64,000 nt of DNA from Alphaproteobacteria bacterium. Lineage in GTDB: Bacteria; Pseudomonadota; Alphaproteobacteria; Bin95. Shown piece by piece: positions 19,218-29,881 of this stretch (position 1 is the stretch's first letter; each line of letters opens with the position of its first letter). A program made the position numbers and the translations under genes. The notes under the pieces are model-generated. The model did no database searches and was not told the DNA's origin. It worked only from the letters and a program-made list of their open reading frames with translations. The stretch is from assembly GCA_965205265.1 (NCBI GenBank), contig CBDBGH010000003.1, positions 2,720,001-2,784,000 of the forward strand, given 5' to 3'.

Positions 19218-20780
19218 ATGGAGGGCGTTCCCCGCTCGGCAAGCGATTACGACGAGGCGTTCGATGTCGTCGTGGTCGGCTACGGTTTCGCCGGGTCCGT
19301 TTCGGCGCTGGAGGCGGCGCGCGCCGGCGCGCGGGTGCTGCTGATCGAGAAGACCGGCGTGCCGGGCGGCATCTCCATCTGCTCCTATGGGTCGGTGCGC
19401 TGCGCCCTCGACGCCGGGAAAGCCTACAGCTACCTGGCCGCGACCAATGGCGGGCGGACGCCTGACAATGTGAACCGCGTGCTCGCCGACGGCATGGCCG
19501 GGCTGGAGCCTTATGTGCGGGACCTTGCCAGGGTCAACGATGCGGAGATCGGCACCAGCGTCGAGGCCGGCAAGGCCGGCGGCAACTACCCGCTGCCGGG
19601 GTTCGACACCTTCTATCACACGACCGTTCACGCGGTGCCGAACTTCGACGCCCGCGCCGTCTATCCCTGGGCTAACGGGGCGCCGGGCGGGCCGATGCTG
19701 TTCAAGATACTCGACGACAATCTTGCGAACGAGGATGTCGCGATCCGGCTGAACACGCGCGGGCTGCGCCTGCTGACCTCGGAAGACGGGTCCGAAGTGC
19801 GCGGCATTACCGTCGAGGGACGGGACAGCATCCGCCATGTCAAGGCGCGGCGAGGCGTCATCCTCGCGTCGGGCGGGTTCGAGGGCAATGCCGAGAGGCA
19901 GGACCAGTTCTGGGAGGGCCGGCCCGTCCTGCCGGCCGCGGCCCGGCACAACACCGGCGACGGCATCGCCATGGCCCAGGACCTCGGCGCCGAGCTCTGG
20001 CACATGTGGCATTTCCACGGCGCCTACGGCTTCCGCAGCGCCGACCCGGACTACCCCTACGGCATAAGGGTCAAGCGCCTGCCGGACTGGCGCCCGGCCC
20101 AATCCGGCGAACATGACGACCCCGGCGTGAAGATGGCCTGGATCCTGCTGGACCGCGACGGGCGGCGCTACATGAACGAATACCTGCCCTACACCCACGA
20201 CACCGGCCACCGGCAGATGCAGTTCTACGACACGGTGCGGCAGGACTATCCGCGCATCCCGAGCGCCATGATCTGCGACGAGAACGGCCGCCGGCTCTAC
20301 CCGCTCGGCCAGCCCACCTCCAACGACGAGGGCATCCGGCTGGACTGGAGCGAGGACAATCTGGCGGAAGTGGAGTCGGGCGCGCTCAAGCGGGCGGGCA
20401 CGGTGGGCGCGCTTGCCGCCGCGCTCGGCCTCGACCCCGCCGCCGCGGAGGCCAGCGTCGCGCGCTGGAACGAGCTCTGCGCGGCCGGGCGCGACGGGGA
20501 TTTCGGCCGTCCGCCCGGAACCATGACGCCCATCGACACGCCGCCCTTCTACGGCGCGCCGATATGGCCGGTGGTGTCGAACACCCAGGGCGGGCCGGTC
20601 CACGATGCCGGCCAGCGGATCGTCAATGTGTTCGGCGCGCCGATCCCGAGGCTCTACGCAGCGGGCGAACTCGGCAGCGCCTTCGGCCACCTCTACCTCT
20701 CCGGCGGCAACATCGCCGAATGCTTCGTCTCCGGCCGCATCGCCGGCGCCGGCGCGGCGGCGCTTCCCGGCTGGGAATAG
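19218..20780 (+). CDS. FAD-binding oxidoreductase (fumarate reductase / 3-ketosteroid dehydrogenase flavoprotein family)
   Basis: VVVVGYGFAG, ILASGGF, NTGDG, TQGG, IPRLYAAGE. Confidence 0.85.
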   Translation: MEGVPRSASDYDEAFDVVVVGYGFAGSVSALEAARAGARVLLIEKTGVPGGISICSYGSVRCALDAGKAYSYLAATNGGRTPDNVNRVLADGMAGLEPYVRDLARVNDAEIGTSVEAGKAGGNYPLPGFDTFYHTTVHAVPNFDARAVYPWANGAPGGPMLFKILDDNLANEDVAIRLNTRGLRLLTSEDGSEVRGITVEGRDSIRHVKARRGVILASGGFEGNAERQDQFWEGRPVLPAAARHNTGDGIAMAQDLGAELWHMWHFHGAYGFRSADPDYPYGIRVKRLPDWRPAQSGEHDDPGVKMAWILLDRDGRRYMNEYLPYTHDTGHRQMQFYDTVRQDYPRIPSAMICDENGRRLYPLGQPTSNDEGIRLDWSEDNLAEVESGALKRAGTVGALAAALGLDPAAAEASVARWNELCAAGRDGDFGRPPGTMTPIDTPPFYGAPIWPVVSNTQGGPVHDAGQRIVNVFGAPIPRLYAAGELGSAFGHLYLSGGNIAECFVSGRIAGAGAAALPGWE

Positions 20781-20788
20781 CCCGCCGC

Positions 20789-21891
20789 TCAACTCTCGAA
20801 CGGCGCGGAGTCGGCGAAGCGGTCGAGGACGTTCTGTGTGATGCGCGAGATGTTGTTGTCGTAATTGTTGTGGGAGAGGCTGCCGCAATAGGTGATGGAG
20901 CCGACGGAGAAGACGGCCCCGCCCGCGGCGGTCTCGAAGAACGCCAGGTTCGAGCGGACCAGCGCCTCGGGCGGCTCGCCCGGCCAGGTGACGAGATGGG
21001 TCAGCAGCTCCTCCGGCACCACGACGAAGGTGTCGCCGTGCCGCTCGGAGGTCGCGAGCACGAGCGTGTTCGGCGGCGAGCCGAGGCGCGTGTCCACCCG
21101 GTCCAGCTCGAAGCCGGCCGCGCCCCCGCCAGAGAGGCCGAAATCGCCGAGTATGCGGTCCGGCACGCCCTCGAAGATCCAGGCCGCGCGCGGGTCGTCG
21201 GCGCCGGGGCCGCGCACATAGTATGAGCCGACGAACTGCCCCTGGGCGGAGAAGCCGACGCCTGCGAGCTTCTGCGGCGGGCGGTCGTTGCGCCGCCAGA
21301 GGCCGCCATATTCCCCGTCGAGCGCGTTGTAATACTCGCCGGGCTCCGCCGCCCAGGCGCGGATGCCGCCCTCGCCCCGCCGGATTTCCACGGCGCCGGG
21401 CGCGGCGTCGCTGACCGCCACCCGCCAGTAGAAGCCGTTGCCGCCGAGATACATGAGCCGCCCGCCCTTATCGAGATGGCGCTGGAGCGCGTCCAGCGTG
21501 TTGGCCGTGTGGTATTCGGGATGGGAGCCTGTCAGCACGACGCGGTAGGGCGAAATCAGGTCGTAGCCCTCGCGGTCCAGGTCGTGGTCGGTCACGAGGT
21601 CGAACTCGTAGCCCTTCTCCTCCAGCCAGTCGATGAGGTGGGTGTCGCCCGGATAGTGGCGCAGCCCCGAGCCCGCCTCGTCCAGATAGCTCATATAGCC
21701 GGAGCGCTGCGTCAGCACCGGGCGGCGCTGCGAGGCGAAGCAGATGCCGCTGCCGTCGGTGTGACGGTCATAGGTGGACAGGCCGTACTCCTTGTGGCGG
21801 TCGGCCGTAAGTTTGCGGGCGCCCCACTCCCGCGCCCGCGCCAGATACGCCTCGGTCGTCACGCCCCGCGCATAGTTGCCATACACCGTGT
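20789..21891 (-). pseudogene. C-terminal half of an N,N-dimethylformamidase large-subunit family gene, 5'-truncated
   Basis: GLSTYDRHTDGSG, DTHLIDWLE, GSHPEY, LMYLGGNGFYW, GAVFSVGSI; frame begins mid-domain (TVYGNY) against AT-richer island sequence. Confidence 0.8.
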
Positions 21892-22011
21892 GCGCACCAA
21901 TGGTGCTAACTATCTGAAATTACGTTGTTTTTTCTCCCGAACAACTGCCATCCGGGGAACTGAATTGCAACTGCCAGTTCCCCAGCTGCCACAGCAGGCG
22001 GGAGAGAAGGC

Positions 22012-23136
22012 ATGCCTGGAACTATCCTTACCGACGCCCGTGTCAGGGCGCTCAAATCCCGCAAGACGGTCCGGGACGTCCGCGACGGCAAGCTCAGGGG
22101 CTTCGGCGTCCGCGTGTCGCCTTCGGGCCGCAAGCGGTTCTTCCTCCAGTGCCAGCACTGCGGCGAGCGCGTCTGGAAGATCGTCGGCGATGCCGGGGCC
22201 ATTAGCGTCGCAGAGGCGCGGTCCGTTGCGGCTGAAATGCTCGCCGCCATCCGGCGCGGGGAGGAGACGCCTGCCTCGCCCGGCGAGGCGCTGTTCGAGG
22301 CTGTCGCCGAGACCGCATTCCGTCGTCGCGAGAGGGTCTGGAAACCGGGCACGCTCTATGTGAACCGCAGCTACCTGCGCAGCCAGCTCCTGCCGCATTT
22401 CGCCGGGCGTCCGATTGCTGACATCGACCGGCAGGAGGTGAGGAACTGGTTCGCCCGCCTGCGCGCGACGCCAGTGGCGGCGGACCGGTCGATGCCGGTG
22501 CTGTCCGTCATCATGAAGGAGGCGGAGGCCATGGGTATGCGCCCGGAAGGCTCCAATCCTTGCCGGGGCGTGCGGCGCTACCGCCGCAAGGGCCGCGAGC
22601 GGTTCCTGTCTGATGACGAGGTCCGCCGCCTGTCCGCGAGGCTCACCGCCCACGAAGTCCGGTTTCCGCAACAATCCGCCTTCATCCGCCTGCTGCTGCT
22701 CACCGGCTGCCGCAAGGGCGAGATGCTGACGCTGCAATGGTCCGACTACCGGGACGGCCACTTGCATCTCCGGGACAGCAAGACCGGTCCCAGAACCGTC
22801 TGGCTGTCCGGGGCGGCCCGGCGCGTTCTTGACAGCCTTGAGCGGCAGGGGCGCTGGGTGTTCCCGGCGGCGCGCGGTGATCGGCCGCGGAGCCTTCGCT
22901 GGCTGGACTATTTCTGGTCCAGGCTGCGCGCCGAGGCGGAACTTGACGACATGCATCTCCACGACCTGCGCCACTCGATGGCGACCATCGCTCTGAGGCA
23001 GGGCGAGACCGTACTGGCGATCAGCCGCCTGCTCGGTCACCGCAAGCCGGAGACGACGCTGAAATACCTCCACCTTCCCGACGCCGCGGTACACGAGGCC
23101 GCCGAGACGGTCGGCGCGGCGCTTGGGGGAGAATGA
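22012..23136 (+). CDS. tyrosine recombinase/integrase with arm-binding domain (1 of 2)
   Basis: RGFGVRVSPSGRK arm domain; LTGCRKGE, HDLRH, LLGH, TTLKY catalytic set intact. Confidence 0.92.
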   Translation: MPGTILTDARVRALKSRKTVRDVRDGKLRGFGVRVSPSGRKRFFLQCQHCGERVWKIVGDAGAISVAEARSVAAEMLAAIRRGEETPASPGEALFEAVAETAFRRRERVWKPGTLYVNRSYLRSQLLPHFAGRPIADIDRQEVRNWFARLRATPVAADRSMPVLSVIMKEAEAMGMRPEGSNPCRGVRRYRRKGRERFLSDDEVRRLSARLTAHEVRFPQQSAFIRLLLLTGCRKGEMLTLQWSDYRDGHLHLRDSKTGPRTVWLSGAARRVLDSLERQGRWVFPAARGDRPRSLRWLDYFWSRLRAEAELDDMHLHDLRHSMATIALRQGETVLAISRLLGHRKPETTLKYLHLPDAAVHEAAETVGAALGGE

Positions 23137-23139
23137 GCC

Positions 23140-24405
23140 ATGGCCGCCACGGAACGGATGAAACTCACCGAGGCGACCATCGCCCGGCTCCGACCCCGCG
23201 AGCGCGAATACACGGTCTGGGACACGCGCGTCGCCGGGCTCGGCATCAGAGTGCGGCCCTCCGGGGGATGCAGCTATGTGCTGCTTCTCGACGCCGGCGG
23301 GCGCACGAAGCGCGTCTCGCTCGGGCGGGTCGGTGTCAAGAGCCTGGAAGAGGTCCGAAGGGAGTGCCATGCCCGCCGGGCAAACCCGGAGCCGGAGAGA
23401 GGGACCGCGCCGGCGTATGCCGTCCCGCTGTTCCGGGACTTCGTCGCCGGGCCGTGGAAGGAGGCGCATTTCGACCGCTTCAAGCCTTCGACGCAGCGGG
23501 CGGCCCGGTATCAGCTGGCGGCGCAACTCCTGCCGGCCTTCGGGGCGAAGGCGCTGGACCGCATCGGCGAGGGCGGCATCAGGCGCTGGTTCGAGCCCTA
23601 CAGCCGCACCGCCCCCGGCAACGCCAATCACGCCCTCGGGCGTCTCAGGCAGATTTTGAACTTCGCCGTCGCCTGCGGCCATATTGAACGCAATCCGGCC
23701 GACGGCATCGCGTTCAACCGGCTGGCGAAGCTCACGCGCTTCCTGTCCCGCGAGGAGATTGCGCGCCTGCACGCCGTCCTAGACGCCCGGACCCGCGAGG
23801 GCGACCGCCAGCAGGCCGACATCATCCGTCTCTTGCTGCTCACCGGATGCCGCCGGGGCGAGATCGTCGGCCTCAGATGGTCGGAGGTCCGCGACGGGGC
23901 ACTAGCGCTCGCCGACGCCAAGACGGGGCCGAGGACAGTTGCCCTCAATAGGCAGGCGAGAGCCATTCTCGACCGGCAGCCGCGCACGGGCAGCGCGTTC
24001 GTGTTTCCCTCGCCGCTCGATCCCGCCCGCCCGCGCGGCCCCGATCTCAGGCTGTGGCATCGTGTGCGCTGCGAAGCCGGCATCGAGGACTGCCGCCTTC
24101 ACGACCTGCGGCACACGATGTCGAGTCATGCCGTGATGAACGGCGTGCCCGTGCCGGTGGTCTCCCGGCTGCTCGGGCATTCCAATGTGCAGATGACGAT
24201 GCGCTATGCCCACCTCGCAGACCGCGACACCGAAGCGGCGGCGGAGCGTGTGGGGGAAGTCATCGACGCGCTCATGAACCAGCAGGGGACAGGAACGTTG
24301 GCGGCCGGCGACCCTACCGCCGCCCTGTCTCCCGCTGGCCGCGATCAATCCGGGACCGAGTCGCCCGGACGAGGCGGCAGCATTCCCCGACGCCGGCACG
24401 GATGA
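23140..24405 (+). CDS. tyrosine recombinase/integrase with arm-binding domain (2 of 2)
   Basis: WDTRVAGLGIRVRPSG; LTGCRRGE, HDLRH, LLGH, MTMRY. Confidence 0.92.
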   Translation: MAATERMKLTEATIARLRPREREYTVWDTRVAGLGIRVRPSGGCSYVLLLDAGGRTKRVSLGRVGVKSLEEVRRECHARRANPEPERGTAPAYAVPLFRDFVAGPWKEAHFDRFKPSTQRAARYQLAAQLLPAFGAKALDRIGEGGIRRWFEPYSRTAPGNANHALGRLRQILNFAVACGHIERNPADGIAFNRLAKLTRFLSREEIARLHAVLDARTREGDRQQADIIRLLLLTGCRRGEIVGLRWSEVRDGALALADAKTGPRTVALNRQARAILDRQPRTGSAFVFPSPLDPARPRGPDLRLWHRVRCEAGIEDCRLHDLRHTMSSHAVMNGVPVPVVSRLLGHSNVQMTMRYAHLADRDTEAAAERVGEVIDALMNQQGTGTLAAGDPTAALSPAGRDQSGTESPGRGGSIPRRRHG

Positions 24406-24918
24406 GCGTAAGCGCTGCATCATTGCCTGTCCCGGTCGCCGTGGGGAGCGTCCCCGCTTTCCCTCGTCTGCCAGTCCACCCTGTGGTTCGCGTCTGCGCC
24501 CCTAGGCCGGATCTTCCCGCCGTTGAGTTGCTGCGTGTTGGCGAGATGTTCCGCTCCCCTAAGGTGTTGACGACGGCACGGTTACTCGTGCCGGTGCCGC
24601 GCTCGTAGGCCGCCCACCTCTCGCCCCAGCGCGCCGAGTCCATATCGAACTTAACCCCCAGCGTGCCAGTGATGTCGACCGACCCGCCGATAAAGCCCTT
24701 CCTAGGGCCCTCCCTCCATTCACCTTCATCCCTCTTCAACCGTACTGGTCAGCCCTCTTGCTCTCACCCTTTTGACTGACCGTGCAAAACACCCTACCAT
24801 TTCTTTAGCCTCGCGCCTCAGCCACCGTTACGACCTTCCACCCCTTCTGTTCTCCTAGCACCCACGAGCACTCCTTTCCTGCTCTTCGCCACCTTCCGCC
24901 TCCAGTGCGAGCACCTCA

Positions 24919-27216
24919 ATGCCCGAGCGAACCTTTGTTGCATTCTCTTCGGCTGATACCGTCCTCGCCGAACTCATTGACACGGCCTGTGAACACGCTC
25001 AAACCTCGAAACGCATTCTTGAGCCTTGGAACCGATTCGACCCCTCTGGTACTCCGATAGATAAAACGGTCTATTCTTGGATTGAAGACGCAGACTCGCT
25101 TATAGCTGACGTCTCAGAGCCCAACGACAACGTCACCTATGAAATCGGCTTGGCCTTGGGCCTGCGGAAACCACTACGACTAATTCGTGCTTCGAATAAA
25201 GCCTTAAAGAACTTGGTATCAGTAGGCCTTCTGCACAATGTTGGACACGACGAATACACCAATACCGCCTCTTTGGCCGCTATACTGAAGAAACCCATCT
25301 CGCCAAACAACTGGCCCAAGTCAAGCCCAAATCGCGAACATCCAGTATATTTTCTTCAACTGACTGGGGACGAAGATATCTCTCGCCGCGTCGCAAGTCA
25401 CATAAAGAAAATTATTAAATTGAAGTACCGGTCCATGAACCCCAATGAAGTGGATCGCCTGACGGCTTCCGAAGCATTCGAGCATATCTCTCAGTCCTTT
25501 GGCATTATTGCAGTTTGGGACAACTCCGAAGCAGGCTCTTCGACACGGCAAAATCAACGCACCTCTTTCGCGATTGGTGTTGCCCGGGGCCTAGACATTC
25601 CCTTTTTGCTTCTTGCCCACAAAGATGACAGGCTTCCACTCGACCTAGACGAAATAGCGACCCGATGGGAGCATATTGCTGGACTATCCTCCATTATGAG
25701 GAGATTTCGCGACGAGATATACGAATACCAGGAAGCCTTTGTTGAAATCAAGCCCAATACCGAGCGATTTCTTGACCAAGTGTATTGTGGAGATCCTGCG
25801 GCAGAAAATGAAGCATCCCAGCTGGAGACATACTTCCTTGAAACGGAGCAATTTCGACTAACATCATCCGGAGATCTGAACATCCTATTGGGGAGAAAGG
25901 GCAGCGGAAAAACAGCCATTTTTCTCCAAACACGAAATAGAACACGCTCAGAAAAATCGAATATAGTTGTTGATTTGCAGCCGGAAGGCTATCAGTTGAT
26001 TCGGTTAAAGGAGTTTGTGCTAGAATATCTTTCTATCGGTGCTCGAAAAGAATTTATCGCCTCTTTCTGGGAATATATCGTATGGCTGGAAATTGCTTAT
26101 AAAATTTTAGAAAAGGATCACCGCCGGGCCCGATATGATTTTGAGTTGATGGAAAGATATAGGCAGTTGGAGAAATTTTACCAAGAGCGGGCGGAAGGAG
26201 AGGGGGACTTTAGTGAACGACTTCAAGCCCTCGTCGAAAGAATTATTACCCGTTATGAAGGCCAAAGCGGATGGCAGGAGGGATCATTGGCGTCATCCCG
26301 CGTGCTGGAAATAGTTTATGGCAAGGAAATTACCCAAATACGAGAGGAGGTTTTGGGATACCTTTCGAGAAAGGGCGTGGTATTCTTTTTGTTTGATAAC
26401 CTGGATCGATTTTGGACACCGCCTTCATTCACTGAGTTGGATGCTGAAATTATCTCGGGGTTAATTGAGTCGCTAAAGGATATACGACGAAGATTTTCGC
26501 GAAAACAGTTAGAGTTTAGCTGGGCAATTTTTCTTCGCAGTGATGTATTCGAGTTCGTCATTGGTGCTATGGCGGACTACGGGAAGCTTAGCGTGGCGAG
26601 TGTGGAATGGAATGACAGAGCCTTATTGGAGCAGCTGTTCAAGAATCGAATATTGAAAGGCTTGCGAGCTGGTAAACGGAGGTGGGGCGAAGTATGGGAA
26701 CAGGTGTCCGTGCAACGGGTGGATGGTAAACGAACGTTGGAGTTTCTAGTCGAATCTTCGCTAATGCGCCCGAGATATCTCATTCGGCTGTTTGAAACCG
26801 CAAGGAGGAGGGCGGTAACGTTAGGTCGCAACACCGTGCAAGAAGAGGATTATCGCTTGGCTTTGGAGGAGCTGGGCTGGCAGGTATTGGAAGATTTTGA
26901 CCGAGAGCTGAAGGATGTGGTTCCCGCCGCGGAGGACTTGATGTTTGATTTGCTTCAGTTGGGGACCGAGTTTTCGTTGAATCGTTTACGCCGAGCAGTC
27001 GAAGCTAGAGCGCGGGCGGGGGATGTGGTCGATATGGTTGTGGACGTGTTGATATGGACAGGCTGTATCGGCGTCAAAAACGGTAGTGGGGTCACTTACA
27101 TTTCCGATTGCGGGTTTAGAAGGGCGTATATTCGATCATTGCTCCGCGACGAGGACGCGCAGGTTATAGTTTTTCATCCCACGTTGGCGGCCGTGATTGG
27201 GGGACCAACGACATAG
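24919..27216 (+). CDS. 765-aa protein: tandem NDT/TIR-like domains fused to a P-loop ATPase (Sll1717/FunZ-like)
   Basis: IADVSEPNDNVTYEIGLALGLRKP; GDPAAENE, Walker A GRKGSGKT, Walker B FLFDNLD, FLRSD, RPR; visibly lower GC than flanks. Confidence 0.8.
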   Translation: MPERTFVAFSSADTVLAELIDTACEHAQTSKRILEPWNRFDPSGTPIDKTVYSWIEDADSLIADVSEPNDNVTYEIGLALGLRKPLRLIRASNKALKNLVSVGLLHNVGHDEYTNTASLAAILKKPISPNNWPKSSPNREHPVYFLQLTGDEDISRRVASHIKKIIKLKYRSMNPNEVDRLTASEAFEHISQSFGIIAVWDNSEAGSSTRQNQRTSFAIGVARGLDIPFLLLAHKDDRLPLDLDEIATRWEHIAGLSSIMRRFRDEIYEYQEAFVEIKPNTERFLDQVYCGDPAAENEASQLETYFLETEQFRLTSSGDLNILLGRKGSGKTAIFLQTRNRTRSEKSNIVVDLQPEGYQLIRLKEFVLEYLSIGARKEFIASFWEYIVWLEIAYKILEKDHRRARYDFELMERYRQLEKFYQERAEGEGDFSERLQALVERIITRYEGQSGWQEGSLASSRVLEIVYGKEITQIREEVLGYLSRKGVVFFLFDNLDRFWTPPSFTELDAEIISGLIESLKDIRRRFSRKQLEFSWAIFLRSDVFEFVIGAMADYGKLSVASVEWNDRALLEQLFKNRILKGLRAGKRRWGEVWEQVSVQRVDGKRTLEFLVESSLMRPRYLIRLFETARRRAVTLGRNTVQEEDYRLALEELGWQVLEDFDRELKDVVPAAEDLMFDLLQLGTEFSLNRLRRAVEARARAGDVVDMVVDVLIWTGCIGVKNGSGVTYISDCGFRRAYIRSLLRDEDAQVIVFHPTLAAVIGGPTT

Positions 27217-27773
27217 AGAGAGTTCAAAGGAAGCGGACGGTCCCGCCGCGGGCCAGGGCCCTGGAGGGCCGCGAGCATTCGCTTCACTGAGGGGTCTGCG
27301 GGGCTCGTTCCAGTTCTCCCTTGCGCCGGTTCTGCGCCGGCAGCCATTGCGTCGTGCTTCGCCGTGCTGCGTCCGGCCGGTCGGTGGTCCGGCCAGAGGC
27401 GCAAGAGGGCGGCGAAACGCGCCCGTCCGGCCTTGAGGGCCGGCCGTAGGCGCTTCTCTAGGTCGGGGCAGCATGCCTCCGTCCCGGGATTCGATCGCCG
27501 CTCCGCCCGGTCCACGCCGCGCGTCCCGGTTTCCGCTGTGCCCACCGCCGCCTTCCCCGCCTCCGGTCGCCTCACCATCTTGCGGTGATACGTAGTCCGA
27601 TCGTGTGCTCCGGCGCCGCCGCGCCTGCTTCGGGCCCGGCGGCCTCGCGCTGGTTGGCTTCGAGTGCGAGTGCGAGTTCGAGTGCACCGTAAGCGATGCG
27701 GCAGGGGCACCTTCCGCTCGGTCTCGGGATTTGAGACTCCGCTACGTTCGGGAGGACGTAGAGGAGTTTCTCC

Positions 27774-28163
27774 ATGGAGCGCACTGCGGAGTTTCTCAGC
27801 CCGGTCGAGGTGATCGGTGGAGTGAAGGGTCGCCGTCGCTGGCCGGAAGAGTTGAAGGCGCGGATTGTAGCGGAGACGCTTGAGCCTGGCGCGAGGGTGG
27901 CCTCGGTAGCACGGCGTTACGATCTTCGCCCAAGCCATCTGTCGGACTGGCGTCGCAAGGCGCGGGAGGGTCGCCTGGTTTTGCCTGCAGCGGACGAGGC
28001 AGTGGAGTTTGCGCCGCTGGTGGTCCGGGCTGAAGGGCACGGCGCCGAGGCGAACGGTGGGTGTCTGGAAGTGGTTCTGGACCGGGTTACGGTCCGTCTG
28101 GATGCGGCGGTGCCGGCGGGCCGGCTGGCGGAGATCGTGTCTGCGCTGAATGCGCTGTCATGA
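27774..28163 (+). CDS. tnpA: IS66 accessory protein TnpA (HTH)
   Basis: RRRWPEELKARIVAETLEPGARVASVARRY. Confidence 0.9.
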   Translation: MERTAEFLSPVEVIGGVKGRRRWPEELKARIVAETLEPGARVASVARRYDLRPSHLSDWRRKAREGRLVLPAADEAVEFAPLVVRAEGHGAEANGGCLEVVLDRVTVRLDAAVPAGRLAEIVSALNALS

Positions 28164-28513
28164 TCTTCCCGTCGAACCGGGTGCGGATCGTTGTCGCAAC
28201 GAAGCCCGTCGACTTCCGCCGCCAGCACGACGGCCTTGTCGCGCATGTGAAGGGCGCGCTGCGGCGGGACCCGTTCACCGGCACGGTATACGTCTTTCGA
28301 TCGAGGCGAGCTGACAGGCTGAAGCTGGTCTTCTGGGACGGGACCGGGCTGGTGCTGATCTACAAGCGTCTGGAGGACCAGGGCTTTGTATGGCCGGCGA
28401 TCCGCGACGGGGTGATGTCGCTGAGCCATGCGCAGTTCGAGGCCTTGTTCGCGGGCCTGGACTGGCGTCGCGTGCGGGCGCTGTCGGCGCGGCGCCCGGC
28501 TGAGGCGGAGTGA
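28160..28513 (+). CDS. tnpB: IS66 accessory protein TnpB
   Basis: PVDFR...DGL, FRSRRADRLKLVFWDGTG. Confidence 0.92.
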   Translation: MIFPSNRVRIVVATKPVDFRRQHDGLVAHVKGALRRDPFTGTVYVFRSRRADRLKLVFWDGTGLVLIYKRLEDQGFVWPAIRDGVMSLSHAQFEALFAGLDWRRVRALSARRPAEAE

Positions 28514-29881
28514 CTCAGCCGGTGGATCGGGGCGTCCGGCTCCGCGACACTGTGCTACCAAGCGAGCCATGGCTGCGCTTGCGGAGATCGACCTTGAAAC
28601 GCTGACACCCGAACAGCGGGAAGCGGCGGTGCAGGCGATCATGGCGCTGGAGACGCTTCGCACCGAGAACGAGGTGTTGACGGACCGCAATGAGGCGCAG
28701 TCCGAGCGCATCCGCCGTCTCGAACACCTGGTGCGCGAGCTGCAGCGCGTTATCTACGGGAAAAGGTCGGAGAAGCTGACGGCGGACGAGCGCCAGCTGG
28801 CGTTCGAGGACCTTGTTGCGGCGGCGGAAGAGATCGAGGAAGCGATCACGCCGGCCGATCCGGCGCCGGCCCAATCGCCGAAGCGTCCTCGCCCGGCGCG
28901 CAATCTCGGCCATTTGCCGGACCACCTGGAGCGGATCGAGCAGGTGATCGAGCCGGAGAGCACGCTCTGCCCCTGCGGCTGCGGGGAAATGGCGAAGATC
29001 GGCGAGGATCGCACGGAGCGCCTGGACATCGTGCCGGCGCAGTTGCGGGTGATCGTCACGGTGCGCCCGAAATACGCCTGCCGCCGGTGTGAGGAAGGCG
29101 TGACCCAGGCGCCGGCGCCGGCCCGGCTGATCGAAGGGGCGCTGCCGACCGAAGGCGCTATCGCGCATGTGCTGGTCTCGAAATACGCCGATCATTGTCC
29201 GTTGCACCGTCAGACGCAGATCTATGCCCGCTCAGGCCTCGATCTGGACCGCTCGACGCTGGCCGGCTGGGTCGGCAAGGCCTCGTTCCACCTCAGGCCG
29301 GTGGTTGACCGCCTGGCACGGCACCTGAAACGGTCGTCCAAGCTCTTCATGGATGAGACGCGGGCGCCGGTGCTCGATCCGGGCCGCGGCAGGACGAAGA
29401 CCGGCTGGTTATGGGCGCTGGCCCGCGACGACCGTTCCTGGGGCGGGCCCGATCCACCGGGCGTCGTCTACTTCTACGCCCCCGGGCGCGGCGGCGAACA
29501 TGCGGAGCGCTTCCTTGATGGCTTCGACGGCATCCTGCAGGTCGATGGCTATGCCGGCTACAGCCGGCTGGCCGGACCGAGCCGCAAGGGCGGCGCGCCG
29601 CTGCGGCTGGCCTACTGTTGGGCCCATTGTCGGCGCCGGCTTCGCGAAATCCACGACAGCAGCGGCTCGGAAATCGCAGCCGAGGGCTTACGCCGGATCG
29701 CCGAACTCTACGCCATCGAGGCCGATATACGCGGCAGCCCGCCGGAGCTGCGCCTCGCCGAACGGCAAACGCGCTCCGCGCCCCTGGTGTTAGCGACGGT
29801 TAGGAAGGGCGTTTATTTGCTGGCGCGGAACGGCCGGTTTGTGCGGCTTGCGAGCAGCGTCGCATGGGTTAGGTGTTGCGT

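Noticed and set aside
24314-24918. Pyrimidine-rich stretch and a minus-strand 141-aa ORF
   Set aside because: No motif, no clear start and no repeat structure I can support.
27661-27688. Short CGAGTG tandem repeat at the IS66 target
   Set aside because: Only about four imperfect units; no function can be supported.
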